64,000 nt of DNA from Alphaproteobacteria bacterium (GTDB taxonomy: Bacteria > Pseudomonadota > Alphaproteobacteria > Bin95), in contig CBDAVA010000003.1 of NCBI GenBank assembly GCA_965200785.1, positions 2,594,605-2,658,604 on the forward strand, given 5' to 3'. Shown in pieces: positions 20,122 to 31,925 of this stretch. The notes under the pieces were generated by a model that searched no databases, had not been told where the DNA came from, and saw only the letters and a list, made by a program, of their open reading frames with translations. The translations under genes were made by a program, and so were the position numbers. Each line of letters opens with the position of its first letter. The stretch's first letter is position 1.

Positions 20122-21299
20122 ATCGACCGCGCACATCCGGGCGTCCGCTTATGGCTCTGCCGGGGCCGACCAACATTCCGGAGCCGATTCTGCGGGCGAT
20201 GGACCGCCCGACCGAGGACTTCAACAGCCCCGCCTTCGAGGCGCTCGCGGCAAGCTGCTACCGGGACCTGAAGCAGGTTTTCAAGACCAAGGGCACCATC
20301 CTTTGCTGGGCGTCCTCGGGCCACGGCGCATGGGAGAGTTCGATCGTCAACCTGTTTCAGGCGGGCGACGCAATCGTCATCCCGACGACCGGCGCCTTCT
20401 CGACCTGGTGGGCGGAGATGGCGAGCCTGTTCGGGGTCGAGGTGATTTCCCTGCCGGGCGACTGGCGCAGCGCCGCAGACCCGAACGCCGTCGAAGACGT
20501 GCTGCGCAAGGATGCCGGGCGGCGGATCAAGGCTGTCGGCGTCGTGCACAGCGAGACCTCGACGGGCGTGCTCAGCGATATTGCGGCGGTGCGCCGGGCC
20601 ATGGACGCCGCCGGCCATGACGCGCTGCTGATGGTCGATACGATTTCCTCGCTGGCCTCCATGGACTACCGCATGGACGAGTGGCGCGTGGACGTCACCG
20701 TCGGCGGCTCCCAGAAGGGGCTGATGCTGCCCACCGGCCTCGGCATTGTGGGCCTGAGCGACCGCGCGCTGGCGGCGGCCAGGGAAGGCGGGTCGCCGCG
20801 CCGCTACTGGAGCTGGCAGCGTATGCTGGACCTTGGCGGCGACCTGCCGAAATTCCCCGGCACCGCCCCGACGCAGATTTTCTCCGGGATGCGCGTTTCG
20901 CTCGACATGCTGTTCGACGAAGGCCTCGACAATGTCTTCCGGCGCCACCGACGGCTGGCGGACCTCGTGCGGCTGGCTGCGGAGGCATGGGGGCTTGAAC
21001 TCAACGCCCGCAAACCGGAAGAACGCTCCGACACCGTGACCGCCATTCGCTGGCCGGAAGGCCGCGACCCCAATGCCTTCCGCGACAGCCTGCGGGAGCG
21101 CTTCAATGTCTGCATCAGCCACGGCCTGCTCGACCTTGCCGGCAAGATCGTCCGTATCGGCCATCTGGGCGATTTGAACGAAACGATGATACTGGGCCTG
21201 CTGGGCGCGGTGGAAGCCAATCTCGCCATAGACGGCGTGCCTCACACGCCGGGCGGCGCGCGCGCGGCCGTCAAGCGGGTTGCAGCGGATATGGCTTGA
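20118..21299 (+). CDS. Class V PLP aminotransferase (alanine/serine-glyoxylate aminotransferase-like)
   Basis: PGPTNIP, HSETSTG, DTISS, GSQKGL (PLP Lys), RIGHLG. Confidence 0.88.
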   Translation: MNRPRTSGRPLMALPGPTNIPEPILRAMDRPTEDFNSPAFEALAASCYRDLKQVFKTKGTILCWASSGHGAWESSIVNLFQAGDAIVIPTTGAFSTWWAEMASLFGVEVISLPGDWRSAADPNAVEDVLRKDAGRRIKAVGVVHSETSTGVLSDIAAVRRAMDAAGHDALLMVDTISSLASMDYRMDEWRVDVTVGGSQKGLMLPTGLGIVGLSDRALAAAREGGSPRRYWSWQRMLDLGGDLPKFPGTAPTQIFSGMRVSLDMLFDEGLDNVFRRHRRLADLVRLAAEAWGLELNARKPEERSDTVTAIRWPEGRDPNAFRDSLRERFNVCISHGLLDLAGKIVRIGHLGDLNETMILGLLGAVEANLAIDGVPHTPGGARAAVKRVAADMA

Positions 21300-21304
21300 C
21301 GGGC

Positions 21305-22462
21305 CTATGCGACGCCGAGCCGCCCGCTGGCGAGGCGGGCGCCCTCGGCCATTGTCCGGAGCTTCGCCCACACCACATCCTCCGGCACCCGGCCCATGCC
21401 GGCGGACGTATCGAAGCCGCAATCGGTGCCGGCCTGGATGCGGGAGGGGTCGCCGACGACGCGGGCGGCGCGCTCCAGCCGTTCCGCCACCGTCTCGGGA
21501 TGCTCGATATAGTTGGTTGTGGTGTCGATGACGCCCGCAACCAGATACTGGTCGGCCGCCAGCGGAAAGCGGGCCAACTCCCGGACCTCGTGCTGGTGGC
21601 GCGGATTGGCGAAGGGCAGCACCAGCCCGCCGACATCGGCTTTCAGCAGCAGCGGCAGCACATCGCCAAGGTCCACATCCATGTCATGCGGCCCCTCGTA
21701 ATTGCCCCAGCAGACATGCAGCCGCACCTGTTCGCGGGGCACATTCGCAAGCGCATCGTTGAGTGTGGCGACCACCAGCTCGACCCATTCCTGAAAGACG
21801 CGCAGCGGTTCGTCGGCGAACAGGAAGTGGCGCTCCATGGCGAGGTCGGGGGCGTCGATCTGCAGGATCCAGCCGCGCGCTGCGACGGCCTCATACTCCA
21901 CCTGAAGCGCCCGCGCGGTATCGGCGAGATAGGCCTCGCGGTCAGCGTAATGGCTGCTCTTCATCGCCGAGACCACGATGCCGGGCGAAGGCACGGTCAT
22001 GAAGGGGCGCGCAAAGCCGCCTGCGGCGCTGTCGAGCGCGCGGCGGAAGGTGTCGCATTCGTCGTCCAGCAGCGTCCGGTCGAGATAGCGCACCGCGCCC
22101 TGGTTCATCGGCGGCTCCATGTTGGAAACCGCCTCGCCGCGCACGCGCAGGAATGTCTCGAACTCGCGCACCAGCCCCGGATAGCGGAAGACATCCCGGC
22201 GGCCGGGCCGCTTCCAGGTCCCGCCGAATCCGCTCATGCGATGCTGGACATAGAGGAAGAAGCCTTCGCGCTGCTGCTCCCCGTTATTGCCGACCGTAAT
22301 GCCGGCTTCGAGCTGCCGGGCGACGACCCGGTCGGTCGCTTCGCGCCCCGCCGCCGCCAGGGCGTCGGCGTCCACCGCGCCGCCTTGCGCGCGGCGGGCA
22401 TAGAGGCCGGTCAATTCCAGCGGCCGGGGCAGGCTGCCGGCATGGGTTACGGGGATTGGCAT
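21305..22462 (-). CDS. Cobalamin-independent methionine synthase II family protein (single barrel)
   Basis: THAGSLPRP, LQIDAPDL, HVCWGNYEGPH, NPRHQHE, AGTDCGF. Start trimmed to ATG 22462. Confidence 0.88.
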   Translation of the reverse strand: MPIPVTHAGSLPRPLELTGLYARRAQGGAVDADALAAAGREATDRVVARQLEAGITVGNNGEQQREGFFLYVQHRMSGFGGTWKRPGRRDVFRYPGLVREFETFLRVRGEAVSNMEPPMNQGAVRYLDRTLLDDECDTFRRALDSAAGGFARPFMTVPSPGIVVSAMKSSHYADREAYLADTARALQVEYEAVAARGWILQIDAPDLAMERHFLFADEPLRVFQEWVELVVATLNDALANVPREQVRLHVCWGNYEGPHDMDVDLGDVLPLLLKADVGGLVLPFANPRHQHEVRELARFPLAADQYLVAGVIDTTTNYIEHPETVAERLERAARVVGDPSRIQAGTDCGFDTSAGMGRVPEDVVWAKLRTMAEGARLASGRLGVA

Positions 22463-22548
22463 GGCGGCAAACCTTCCGGGCAGCGTATCGACAGGGCGGC
22501 CAGCGCATTCTCCCCGAAGCCGCGGCGGCCGCCAAGCAGACGCGCCAA

Positions 22549-23661
22549 TCAGGCTTGCGGGAAATAGTCCTCGCAACCGCCCTCGCGGCGCACATCCGCC
22601 GTCGCGCAGTGGAGGCCGCCGCCAAAAGCGTAGGCGTCGCGAAACGGAACAGGGACGACCTCCAGACCCAGCTTGTCGATCTGGTCCATCTGATGCACCT
22701 CGCTTGCCTCGACGCACACTGTCTTGGGGTCGAGCACCAGCACATTCATCGACAGCCACACGCTCGAATAGCAGAGCGGCGGCGGATTGTTGTGGGCCGG
22801 CCGGGCGGAATCGACGATCTCCCAGCCATTGCGGTTGAAGATCCTGCGCTGCTCGTCCGGCAGGCGGCGGTCCGGATTGTTGAGGATGAGGCCCGGCCGG
22901 AGCGGCGTGAAGGTCGCGTCGATATGTATCGGATAGGGGTCTCCCGGAAAGTTGAGCGCATGGATGCGATGCTCCGGAAAATGCCGGCGCAGCCATTCGA
23001 TCCCGGTCAGATTGGTTGTGAAGCCGTGCTGCACGAAGAGGTCGCGCCCGAAACGCAGCACATCGGCTGCATCGAAGAGCGGCTCCGCCTCGGTGGTGAC
23101 GAAATCCCTGGCGGCCACCATCTGCAGCCGCTCTTCGATCGTAATGTCGTCGGAAAGATAGTCCGGCTTGTAGGACGCGTCGGTGAGGCGGGGCTTGGGC
23201 GCCGCTTCATGGCGCATATGCGGGTCTTCGTCCCAGTAACGCTTCAGCAGAGGCCGGTAACAGAGATATTCGAACCAGCGCGAACGGTAGGACATGGTGG
23301 CTTCGAGCATCTCGGAGCCGACCGTCAGCAGCACATCGCGCGGCGGCTGGCACCCGAACATCGAGCCGTGGCGCCAGTCCGGCGTGGCGATGGGCTGGGA
23401 GAAGTCGATGGGGTCCGGGCGGTCCACCCGTACGCCGCGTTTCTCCAGCATGGCGGCGAAGGCGTCCAACTGCTCATTGGCCCGGTCCACCGTCTCCTGA
23501 GACCGGGGCCCGTGGACGCCGCGCATATCGCTGTCCACCGGAATTTTCGGGTCGCTCGCCGGCTCCGGCGGCGGGATGCAACAGCCGTCCGCCCGCCCGA
23601 CGATGACATGACGCAACGGGTCCCACTCGTTCCAACTATTGACGACAGTATTCACTCTCAA
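22549..23661 (-). CDS. Amidinotransferase (glycine/inosamine-phosphate amidinotransferase family)
   Basis: NEWDPL, PRD, FDAAD (Asp), HIDAT (His), GGGLHCAT (Cys). TTG start. Confidence 0.88.
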   Translation of the reverse strand: MRVNTVVNSWNEWDPLRHVIVGRADGCCIPPPEPASDPKIPVDSDMRGVHGPRSQETVDRANEQLDAFAAMLEKRGVRVDRPDPIDFSQPIATPDWRHGSMFGCQPPRDVLLTVGSEMLEATMSYRSRWFEYLCYRPLLKRYWDEDPHMRHEAAPKPRLTDASYKPDYLSDDITIEERLQMVAARDFVTTEAEPLFDAADVLRFGRDLFVQHGFTTNLTGIEWLRRHFPEHRIHALNFPGDPYPIHIDATFTPLRPGLILNNPDRRLPDEQRRIFNRNGWEIVDSARPAHNNPPPLCYSSVWLSMNVLVLDPKTVCVEASEVHQMDQIDKLGLEVVPVPFRDAYAFGGGLHCATADVRREGGCEDYFPQA

Positions 23662-23679
23662 CCCCCGCTTCGCCTGAAG

Positions 23680-24444
23680 TCACCGGCCGCCGGTTACATC
23701 AAGCGTTGTGCCGCTGACATAGGCGGCGTTCTCCGACATCAGCCACGATGCTGCTTCGGCGACTTCGCCGACCGTGCCGAACCGGCCCATCGGCACCCCC
23801 GGCAGCAGCTTCTCTATCTGGCGCCCCTCGGCCATGTCCGTCGGGATCAACCCGGGCGCCAGCGTGTTCACACGCACCCCCTCGGCCCCGAGTTCGCGCG
23901 CCAGCCCGATGGTGAGCGATGCAATCGCCCCCTTGGTCGCGGCATAGGCAACCAGCTCGCCCGGATTGCCGAGCCGGGATGCCGGCGAGCCCAGATTCAC
24001 GATGACCCCTCCCGCGCCGCCGCGCGAGCGCATCATGCGCCGGGCCGCCTCGCGGGCCACCAGCATGGCGCCGGTGACATTGACCGACACCACGCGCGCC
24101 ATCGCCGCATCGTCGATATCCGTGAAATTGCCAAGCGGCGACACGACGCCGGCATTGTTGACCAGCCCCTCAAGACGCGGCATTTCACGGTCGATCTCGG
24201 CGAACAACCGATGCACATCCTCCGCCCTCGACACATCGGCGCCGATGATGCGCACCATGCCGCCCGCCGACCGGATGCGGGCGGCGACCGCCTCCGCCGC
24301 AGCTGCGCGGGCGGCGTAGTTCAGCGCGACCGCCCAACCGTCGCGCGCCAGCCGCTCGGCAACCGCAGCGCCTATGCCCCGGCTGGCGCCGGTAACGAGG
24401 ACCGTCCGCGCCGTCGGTCGGCCCTGTGAAACACTGGACAACAT
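23680..24444 (-). CDS. SDR family oxidoreductase
   Basis: TGASRGIG, NNAG, YAATK. Confidence 0.88.
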   Translation of the reverse strand: MLSSVSQGRPTARTVLVTGASRGIGAAVAERLARDGWAVALNYAARAAAAEAVAARIRSAGGMVRIIGADVSRAEDVHRLFAEIDREMPRLEGLVNNAGVVSPLGNFTDIDDAAMARVVSVNVTGAMLVAREAARRMMRSRGGAGGVIVNLGSPASRLGNPGELVAYAATKGAIASLTIGLARELGAEGVRVNTLAPGLIPTDMAEGRQIEKLLPGVPMGRFGTVGEVAEAASWLMSENAAYVSGTTLDVTGGR

Positions 24445-24495
24445 GCCTTCTCCGTTTGCTGCACAGCCATTCTCACGCGCAGCGCAACAGCCGGG

Positions 24496-25386
24496 TCAGC
24501 GGCCGGCGCGCACCAGCTCGACAATCGAGGAGAAGTCGCGCGGACCGTTGCCGGCTGCGGTATGGAGAGCCATCAGCGCCTCGGCCAGCGCGCCCATCGG
24601 CGTGCCGGTTCCGCTCTTCATGGCGGCTTCCTTGGCCAGCCGCAGGTCCTTGACCATCATGTCGGCGGTGAACCCCGGCTGAAAGCCGTTATTGGCCGGA
24701 GAAGCCGGCACCGGGCCGGGAACCGGGCAGTAGCTGCTCACCGCCCAGCTCTGCCCGGACGAGTTGGTGACGACGTCGAACAGGGTCTGGCGGTCGAGGC
24801 CCAGATTATCGGCGAGCGTGAAGCCCTCGGCGACGCCAAGCATGTTGACCGCCAGCATCATGTTGTTGCAGATCTTCGCCGCCTGGCCGTTGCCGGCTGC
24901 GCCGCAATGGACGATGCGCGCGCCCATATGCTCCAGAATCGGCCTTGCCCTCTCGAACGCCGCCTCCGGGCCGCCGACCATGAAGGTCAGCGTGCCGGCA
25001 ATCGCGCCGCCGGTGCCGCCCGAGACCGGCGCATCGACCATGTCAAGCCCCTGCCCCGCCGCCGCAGCGGCGACCTCGCGCGATGTTGCGACATCAATGG
25101 TGGAGCAGTCGATCAGCAGCGTCCCCGGCCCTGCAGCCGCGAGAACGCCGCCGGAGCCGGCATAGACCTCGCGCACCTCCGGCCCCGCAGGCACCATGGT
25201 GACAACCGCCTCCGCGCCCTCCACCGCGGCGGCCGCCGATGCCGCCGGCGAGGCCCCGGCCTCGACAATGCCTGCAAGCGCCGCCTCCACCGGATCGAAC
25301 GCGGTCACCACATGCTGCGCCTTCATCAGATTGCGGGCCATCGGCCCGCCCATATTGCCGATACCGATAAATGCAATCCGCGCCAT
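24496..25386 (-). CDS. mmsB: 3-hydroxyisobutyrate dehydrogenase
   Basis: FIGIGNMGGPMA, DAPVSGG, AAKICNNM, YCPVPG. Confidence 0.92.
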   Translation of the reverse strand: MARIAFIGIGNMGGPMARNLMKAQHVVTAFDPVEAALAGIVEAGASPAASAAAAVEGAEAVVTMVPAGPEVREVYAGSGGVLAAAGPGTLLIDCSTIDVATSREVAAAAAGQGLDMVDAPVSGGTGGAIAGTLTFMVGGPEAAFERARPILEHMGARIVHCGAAGNGQAAKICNNMMLAVNMLGVAEGFTLADNLGLDRQTLFDVVTNSSGQSWAVSSYCPVPGPVPASPANNGFQPGFTADMMVKDLRLAKEAAMKSGTGTPMGALAEALMALHTAAGNGPRDFSSIVELVRAGR

Positions 25387-25398
25387 TCCGTCAGCTCC

Positions 25399-26490
25399 TC
25401 ATATCCGGGCGAAACGGCGGACGGGGTCGTCGAAGGTCAACTCCTCATCCGCCGGGGAGAAATAACCTGCAACCGCCTCCGCAGTCACCTCATCCAGCGC
25501 CGCCGGCTGCCAGGCGGGCCGGTTGTCCTTGTCCAGGATCAGCGCGCGCACGCCTTCAAAGAAGTCGTGGCCGCGCATGAATGCCTGTGACATGCGGTAT
25601 TCGAGCGCGAGCGCGGCGTCGAAATCGAGTTCGCCGCCGCGCCGGTATTGCTCGAATGCAACCTTGAGCGAAGTCGGCGCCTTGGCGAGCATGGCCTTGC
25701 GGGTCTTTCCGGCCCAGTCGCCGCCCTCGCGCTCCAGCGCCTCAAGCACCCCCTCGACCGATGCCGCCGAGAAGCACCGCTCGATTGCAGCCCGGATCGG
25801 CGCAACCGGCGGCGGGCCCGGGTTTTCCGAAAAGCGGTCGAGCACCGCGCTGACTTCGGCGTGATTGACCTCGATATCCTCTCCGTCGAGGGGAGCGGCG
25901 GCCAGCGCCGCCTTCAATCCGTCAAGGCGCTCGCTCGGCACATAATGGGTTGCGACGCCGGCATGATAGCTGTCCGCCCCGCCAAGCCGCGCCCCCGTCA
26001 GGGCGAGATAGAGGCCGAGCCGGCCAGGCAGCCGGGGCAGAAACCAGGTGGCGCCCACATCGGGGAAGAACCCGATGCCCGTTTCCGGCATGGCGAATAC
26101 GGTGCGTTCGGTCGCAACGCGGTGCGAGCCGAGCACCGACACGCCGACGCCGCCGCCCATGACGATGCCGTCGACAAGCGCGACATAGGGCTTCGGATAG
26201 TGGAAGACGCGCCAGTCGAGGATGTATTCATCCCAGAAGAAGGCGCGGGTATAGGGGTCGCCCGCCCGACCGGCGTCGTAAAGCCGCTGGATGTCGCCTC
26301 CGGCGGCGAAGGCGCGCCCGCCCGCTCCTTCCACGATGACGGTGCGAACCGCATCGTCCGCCGCCCAGGCCAGCAATTGCCGGTCAAAGGCGTCCACCAT
26401 TTCCAGAGTCAGGGCGTTCAACGCCTGCGGGCGGTTCAGGACAGCGGCGCCGAGGCCCCCGGCGCGGTCGAACAGAATGTCGTCGGTCAT
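25399..26490 (-). CDS. 3-hydroxyisobutyryl-CoA hydrolase-like (crotonase family)
   Basis: [44 protein letters not shown]. Sits between isobutyryl-CoA dehydrogenase and mmsB. Confidence 0.88.
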   Translation of the reverse strand: MTDDILFDRAGGLGAAVLNRPQALNALTLEMVDAFDRQLLAWAADDAVRTVIVEGAGGRAFAAGGDIQRLYDAGRAGDPYTRAFFWDEYILDWRVFHYPKPYVALVDGIVMGGGVGVSVLGSHRVATERTVFAMPETGIGFFPDVGATWFLPRLPGRLGLYLALTGARLGGADSYHAGVATHYVPSERLDGLKAALAAAPLDGEDIEVNHAEVSAVLDRFSENPGPPPVAPIRAAIERCFSAASVEGVLEALEREGGDWAGKTRKAMLAKAPTSLKVAFEQYRRGGELDFDAALALEYRMSQAFMRGHDFFEGVRALILDKDNRPAWQPAALDEVTAEAVAGYFSPADEELTFDDPVRRFARI

Positions 26491-27626
26491 CGATCCAGCA
26501 GCTTGCGCGCGATAATCAGGCGCATGATTTCATTGGTGCCTTCGAGTATCTGATGCACCCGCGTGTCGCGCAGGAAGCGTTCCAGCGGATAGTCCTTGAG
26601 ATAGCCGTAGCCGCCGTGAATCTGCAGGGCGGCATTGCAGATCTCGAAACCGGCATCGGTGGCGAAGCGCTTGGCCATGGCGCAGTAGCGCGTGGCGTCC
26701 GGGTCTCCGGCATCGAGCGCTGCGGCGGCGCGGTGGGTCATCAGGCGTGCTGCATCCAGATCGGTCGCCATGTCGGCGAGTTTGAACTGCAGCGCCTGGA
26801 AATCCGCCAACGGACGGCCGAAAGCCTTGCGCTCGCCCATATGCCCGAGCGCCAATTCCATCGAAGCCCGCGCAGCGCCGATTGAGCAGGCGGCGATATT
26901 GATCCGCCCGCCGTCAAGCCCGGCCATGGCAATACGGAAACCCTCGCCTTCCCTGCCGATCCGGTTCGCCGCGGGCACCCGGCAATCGTCGAACAGCACC
27001 ATCGCGGTCGGCTGCGAATTCCAACCGAGCTTCTTTTCCTGCGTTCCGTAAGACAAGCCCGGCGCATCCGCTTCAATGGCAAGACAGGTGATGCCGCGCG
27101 GCCCTTCATCCCCGGTGCGCACCATGCAGACGATGACATCGGTCTCCGACGCGCCGGAAATGAAGGCTTTGGAGCCATTGAGCACATAGTCGCCGCCATC
27201 GCGGACGGCGCGGGTGGCAAGCGCCGCCGCATCCGACCCGGAGCCCGGCTCCGTCAACGCATAGCTTGCCAGCCTCTGCATCGAACAGAGGTCCGGCAGC
27301 AGCCGCTCCCGCAACGCGTCGCCGGCATACCGGTCGATCATCCAGGCGGCCATGTTGTGAATCGAGATATAGGCCGCCGTGGAGGTGCATCCCGCCGCCA
27401 GCTCCTCGAACACGACCGCTGCGTCGGTGCGCTGCAACCCCGAACCGCCGACATCCTCCCGCACATACAAGCCGCCGAAGCCGAGCGCCGCCGCCTCGCG
27501 CAGCGCCTGCTTGGGAAACAGGCTTTCAGCGTCCCAGCGCGCCGCATTGGGCGCGAAAACATCCTCGGCAAAGCGGCGCGCGACAGCCTGAAACGCGCTT
27601 TGATCTTCAGACAGCGAGAAATCCAT
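26487..27626 (-). CDS. Acyl-CoA dehydrogenase (isobutyryl-CoA dehydrogenase-like)
   Basis: [38 protein letters not shown]. Start trimmed to ATG 27626. Confidence 0.9.
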   Translation of the reverse strand: MDFSLSEDQSAFQAVARRFAEDVFAPNAARWDAESLFPKQALREAAALGFGGLYVREDVGGSGLQRTDAAVVFEELAAGCTSTAAYISIHNMAAWMIDRYAGDALRERLLPDLCSMQRLASYALTEPGSGSDAAALATRAVRDGGDYVLNGSKAFISGASETDVIVCMVRTGDEGPRGITCLAIEADAPGLSYGTQEKKLGWNSQPTAMVLFDDCRVPAANRIGREGEGFRIAMAGLDGGRINIAACSIGAARASMELALGHMGERKAFGRPLADFQALQFKLADMATDLDAARLMTHRAAAALDAGDPDATRYCAMAKRFATDAGFEICNAALQIHGGYGYLKDYPLERFLRDTRVHQILEGTNEIMRLIIARKLLDR

Positions 27627-27636
27627 GGTCAGCCAA

Positions 27637-28458
27637 TCATAGCTGCGAACGAAGGACCATGGCACGGGGAATTCCGCCAAGATCAGGGCGGACTTCCTCG
27701 ACATGCAAGCCGGCCGTCTCTGCAAGCGCAGCAACGGCATCCGCCTGGCCGATCCCCAGTTCGAGGACCGCTGCGCCGCCCTGCGCCATCAGCTTCGGAA
27801 GGCCGTCCAGTATCGCGCGATATGCGTTCAGCCCGTCAGCGCCGCCGTCCAGCGCCAGGCGCGGATCGTGATCGCGGACTTCCGGCATCAGCCCTGCAAT
27901 GTCGGCGGTCGGAATGTAGGGCGGATTCGAGACCACCACATCGAACCGGCCTCCGATTGCCGCGCCCCAGTCTCCCGCAGCAATAACGGCCGGCAGGCCC
28001 TGCAGGTTCCTGCGCGCCATGCGGCAGGCGGCAAGCGAGCGATCAACACCAAGCCCCCAAGCAGCCGGCCGCTCCACCAGCAGCGCGGCAAGCAGGCAGC
28101 CGGTGCCGGTGCCGAGATCGAGAATGCTGCGGCAGGCCGGCATTGCGGCGAGCGCCGCCTCGACGACCGTCTCGCTGTCCGGGCGGGGGTCGAAGGTCTC
28201 CGGCGCCAGAAGAAAGTCCCGGCTCCAGAACTCGCGTCTGCCGACAATGCGGGACAGCGGCTCGCGGGCCGCCCGGCGCATCGCCAGCGCCGCCAGATCG
28301 GCGTGCAGCTGGTCGGGCCAGTCGGCGAGCGATGCCGGGCCGCCGGCGCTGGCCTGCAGCAGCCGCAACTCACGCCGGGGCTCCGCTATGCCGGCCGCAG
28401 CCAGTCGTTCCGACAGCGCCGCCAGGCCGGCGCCGCCTTGCAGGGTCCTTGCATTCAC
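27637..28458 (-). CDS. prmC: Release factor glutamine methyltransferase
   Basis: [23 protein letters not shown]. Follows prfA. Confidence 0.92.
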   Translation of the reverse strand: MNARTLQGGAGLAALSERLAAAGIAEPRRELRLLQASAGGPASLADWPDQLHADLAALAMRRAAREPLSRIVGRREFWSRDFLLAPETFDPRPDSETVVEAALAAMPACRSILDLGTGTGCLLAALLVERPAAWGLGVDRSLAACRMARRNLQGLPAVIAAGDWGAAIGGRFDVVVSNPPYIPTADIAGLMPEVRDHDPRLALDGGADGLNAYRAILDGLPKLMAQGGAAVLELGIGQADAVAALAETAGLHVEEVRPDLGGIPRAMVLRSQL

Positions 28459-29513
28459 GACAATTGCGCGATTCTCGCCGCCTCATCTTCAGTCGCGAGG
28501 GCTTCGATCAGCTCATCCAATTCACCCTGGATCACCCGGTCCAGCTTGTAGAGCGTCAGGTTGATGCGGTGATCGGTGACCCTGCCCTGGGGAAAGTTAT
28601 AGGTGCGTATCCGCTGGGAGCGGTCGCCGGTGCCAATCTGGTTGCGGCGCTCCGTAGCCCGCTCGGCATCCGCCAGGGCGCGCTGATGCTCGTAGAGACG
28701 CGCGCGCAGCACCTTCATCGCCCGCGCGCGATTCTTGTGCTGCGACTTTTCATCCTGCTGCTGCACGACGATCCCGGTCGGCAAATGGGTAATCCGGACC
28801 GCCGAGTCGGTGGTGTTGACATGCTGGCCGCCGGCGCCCTGCGCACGGTAGGTGTCGATCTTCAGGTCCTTGTCGTCGACATGCACATCGACTTCTTCCG
28901 CTTCCGGCAGCACCGCGACAGTAGCGGCGGAGGTGTGGATGCGGCCCTGGCTTTCGGTGTCCGGCACGCGCTGAACGCGATGCGCGCCCGACTCGTATTT
29001 CAGCCGCGCAAACACGCCCTTGCCGGCAATCGACATCACCGCTTCCTTGCAGCCGCCAAGCGGCGTCTGCGAATGCGCCAGCATCTCCACCTTCCAGCGC
29101 CTGGCATCGGCATAGCGGCGATACATCGTCAGCAGATCGCCGGCGAACAGCGCCGCCTCGTCGCCGCCGGTGCCGGCGCGCACCTCGATGATGGCGCTGC
29201 GGTCATCGGCCTCATCGCGCGGCAGCAGCAGCACCTGCAGCGCCCGCTCGGCCGCGGCCAGCCGCGTGCGCAGCGCCGGCAGTTCCTCCGCCGCCAGCTC
29301 TCCCAGTTCGGCGTCCGCCAGCATCGCCTCCAGGTCGGCCGCCTCGCTCTGCAACTCCCGGACAGCGCCGATAGCGGCCGTCACAGCCGTCAGGCCGGAA
29401 TACTCCTTCGACAGCGCCACCAGCGACTCGGACGGCACGCCGCCGGACGACAAGAGCGCCCCGATCTCTTCATGGCGGGAGAGGATCGCATCCAGCTTCT
29501 GGTCGAGGCTCAT
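28455..29513 (-). CDS. prfA: Peptide chain release factor 1
   Basis: [17 protein letters not shown] (PxT), [13 protein letters not shown]. Start at ATG 29513. Confidence 0.96.
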   Translation of the reverse strand: MSLDQKLDAILSRHEEIGALLSSGGVPSESLVALSKEYSGLTAVTAAIGAVRELQSEAADLEAMLADAELGELAAEELPALRTRLAAAERALQVLLLPRDEADDRSAIIEVRAGTGGDEAALFAGDLLTMYRRYADARRWKVEMLAHSQTPLGGCKEAVMSIAGKGVFARLKYESGAHRVQRVPDTESQGRIHTSAATVAVLPEAEEVDVHVDDKDLKIDTYRAQGAGGQHVNTTDSAVRITHLPTGIVVQQQDEKSQHKNRARAMKVLRARLYEHQRALADAERATERRNQIGTGDRSQRIRTYNFPQGRVTDHRINLTLYKLDRVIQGELDELIEALATEDEAARIAQLS

Positions 29514-30748
29514 TGCAGCAACGCATCCGCCAGGCGGTCCATCGCGACTTCCCGCTGCTCTCCGGTCGCCATGTCGCGGACGGTTGCAACCCCCTTGGCG
29601 AGTTCGTCGCCGCCGAGCAGCACCACCGACCGGGCGCCGATGCGGCCGGCGCGCTGCATACGCCGCTTCAGCGTGCCGGCATAGCCGAGATCGACAGCGA
29701 CGCCCGCGCGGCGCAGCGCATCGGCCAGCCGCAATGCCTGCGTCTGCGCTTCCGGCCCGACGGGCACCAGCGACACGACCGGCGGCGCCTCCGGATAGCA
29801 CTCCGTCAGCATGGCGAGCCGCTCTATGCCGCCGGCCCAGCCAATGCCCGGAGTCGGCGGCCCTCCCATCGCGGCGATCAGGCCGTCATACCGCCCGCCG
29901 GCAATGACCGCGCCCTGGGCCCCGAGCGCTTCGGTGGTGAATTCGAAGGCTGTGTGGCCGTAATAGTCCAGCCCGCGAACCAGGCGGGGATTGCACAGAT
30001 AGGAGATTTCGAGCGCATCAAGCCCCGCGCGCACTTCAGCGAAGAAGTCGCGGGAGAGGGGGTTGAGATAGGTGTCATAGCTGGGCGCATCCCGCGAAAC
30101 CGCCCGGTCGCGCTCGTCCTTGGAGTCGAGCAGACGGAGCGGGTTGCGCCGCAGGCGAGCCTGTCCATCCTCCGAAAGCTCCGACTCGCGGTCGGAGAAA
30201 TACTCCACCAGCGCAGCACGGTAGGCGTTGCGGCTTTCAACATCGCCGAGGGTATTCAACTCCAGGCGCGTGAGATTGCGTATTCCGAGCGCCTCCAGCA
30301 CATGGGCGCCGGCCTGGATGATCTCGACATCGGCCGCCGGCCCCGCCACGCCCAGATTCTCGATGCCGATTTGATGGAATTGCCGCAGCCGGCCCTTTTG
30401 CGGGCGCTCGTGGCGGAACATCGGCCCGCTGTAGAAATATTTGAGCGGCAACTGCTGCTGGAGATTGCCGGAAATGAATGCCCTCGCCACACCTGCCGTG
30501 TTTTCCGGACGCAATGTCAGGCTGTCGCCGCCCTTGTCGGCGAAGGTGTACATTTCCTTGGTGACGACGTCCGACGTCTCTCCGAGAGTGCGCGCAAAGA
30601 CTTCGGTGAACTCGAAGACCGGCGTCGCCACGCTGCGATAGTTGAACAGGCCGGCCACTTTCCGCGCCGTCTCTTCGACATGGCGGTGCCGGCTCCATGC
30701 CTCGGGCAACAGATCCTGGGTGCCGCGAACGGCACGGAGTTTCGCCAT
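29510..30748 (-). CDS. hisS: Histidine--tRNA ligase
   Basis: [36 protein letters not shown]. Start at ATG 30748. Confidence 0.95.
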   Translation of the reverse strand: MAKLRAVRGTQDLLPEAWSRHRHVEETARKVAGLFNYRSVATPVFEFTEVFARTLGETSDVVTKEMYTFADKGGDSLTLRPENTAGVARAFISGNLQQQLPLKYFYSGPMFRHERPQKGRLRQFHQIGIENLGVAGPAADVEIIQAGAHVLEALGIRNLTRLELNTLGDVESRNAYRAALVEYFSDRESELSEDGQARLRRNPLRLLDSKDERDRAVSRDAPSYDTYLNPLSRDFFAEVRAGLDALEISYLCNPRLVRGLDYYGHTAFEFTTEALGAQGAVIAGGRYDGLIAAMGGPPTPGIGWAGGIERLAMLTECYPEAPPVVSLVPVGPEAQTQALRLADALRRAGVAVDLGYAGTLKRRMQRAGRIGARSVVLLGGDELAKGVATVRDMATGEQREVAMDRLADALLQ

Positions 30749-31863
30749 CAGGCCCGCTCCTGCGCCCGCTCGGCCTCGATTTCCCCGGCCTTCTGCTCGA
30801 TCAACTCGACGAGATGATCCACGACGCTGGTATTCTGGATGCGGTGATGAGGCAGGCCCGCCACATAGACCATATGCGTGCCCTTGCCGCCGCCGGTAAG
30901 CCCGATGTCGGTTTCGCGCGCCTCGCCCGGCCCGTTCACCACGCATCCGATAACCGACACGGTCATCGGCGTCGTGATATGGGCAAGCCGGCTTTCCAGC
31001 ACCGACACCGTCTCGATCACCTCGAACTGCTGGCGGGCGCATGAAGGGCAGGACACGATGCTGACGCCGCGATGGCGAAGCCCGAGCGCCTTGAGGATCT
31101 CGAACCCGGCCCGCACCTCCTCGTCCGGGTCCGCAGAGAGCGACACGCGCACCGTGTCCCCGATCCCCGCCCAGAGCAGCGAGCCCAGGCCGATTGCGGA
31201 CTTCACCGTCCCGGTGCGCAGCCCGCCCGCCTCGGTAATGCCGATATGCAGGGGGTAGTCGCAGGCTTCGGCCAGGCCGTTATAGGCCGCTGTCGCCAGG
31301 AAGATATCGGAGGCCTTGACGCTGATCTTGAACTCGAAGAAATCGTTGTCTTCGAGGATGCGAGCATGTTCCAGGGCGCTTTCGACCAGCGCTTCGGGAC
31401 AAGGCTCGCCATATTTCTCCAGGAGATGGCGCTCCAGACTGCCGGCATTCACGCCGATGCGCATCGAACATCCGTGGTCCCTCGCCGCCTGGACCACCTC
31501 GCGCACCCTGGCCGCCGAACCGATATTGCCCGGATTGATGCGCAAACACGCCGCACCCGCCTGGGCCGCCTCGACAGCGCGCCGATAGTGAAAATGGATG
31601 TCGGCAACGATCGGCACGCCAACCTCGGGCACGATCTTCGCCAAGGCCGCGGTGCTTTCCTCGTCGGGGCAGGATATGCGGACAATATCGGCGCCGGCGC
31701 GTGCGGCCGACCGCACCTGCGCAATCGTCGCGGGCACGTCCACGGTGGGTGTATTGGTCATCGTCTGGACACTGATCGGCGCATCGCCGCCGACCTCCAC
31801 CGCACCCACCCGGATTTTCCGGGAAGACCGGCGGTAAATGTCCCGATACGGACGAACGCTCAT
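30748..31863 (-). CDS. ispG: 4-hydroxy-3-methylbut-2-en-1-yl diphosphate synthase
   Basis: [36 protein letters not shown]. Confidence 0.96.
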   Translation of the reverse strand: MSVRPYRDIYRRSSRKIRVGAVEVGGDAPISVQTMTNTPTVDVPATIAQVRSAARAGADIVRISCPDEESTAALAKIVPEVGVPIVADIHFHYRRAVEAAQAGAACLRINPGNIGSAARVREVVQAARDHGCSMRIGVNAGSLERHLLEKYGEPCPEALVESALEHARILEDNDFFEFKISVKASDIFLATAAYNGLAEACDYPLHIGITEAGGLRTGTVKSAIGLGSLLWAGIGDTVRVSLSADPDEEVRAGFEILKALGLRHRGVSIVSCPSCARQQFEVIETVSVLESRLAHITTPMTVSVIGCVVNGPGEARETDIGLTGGGKGTHMVYVAGLPHHRIQNTSVVDHLVELIEQKAGEIEAERAQERA

Positions 31864-31925
31864 GGAGCACCTTCCAGATAGCGGCCCCTGCAGGCTGACG
31901 GCGGGTTCGGGACGGCCCTTCCCGG

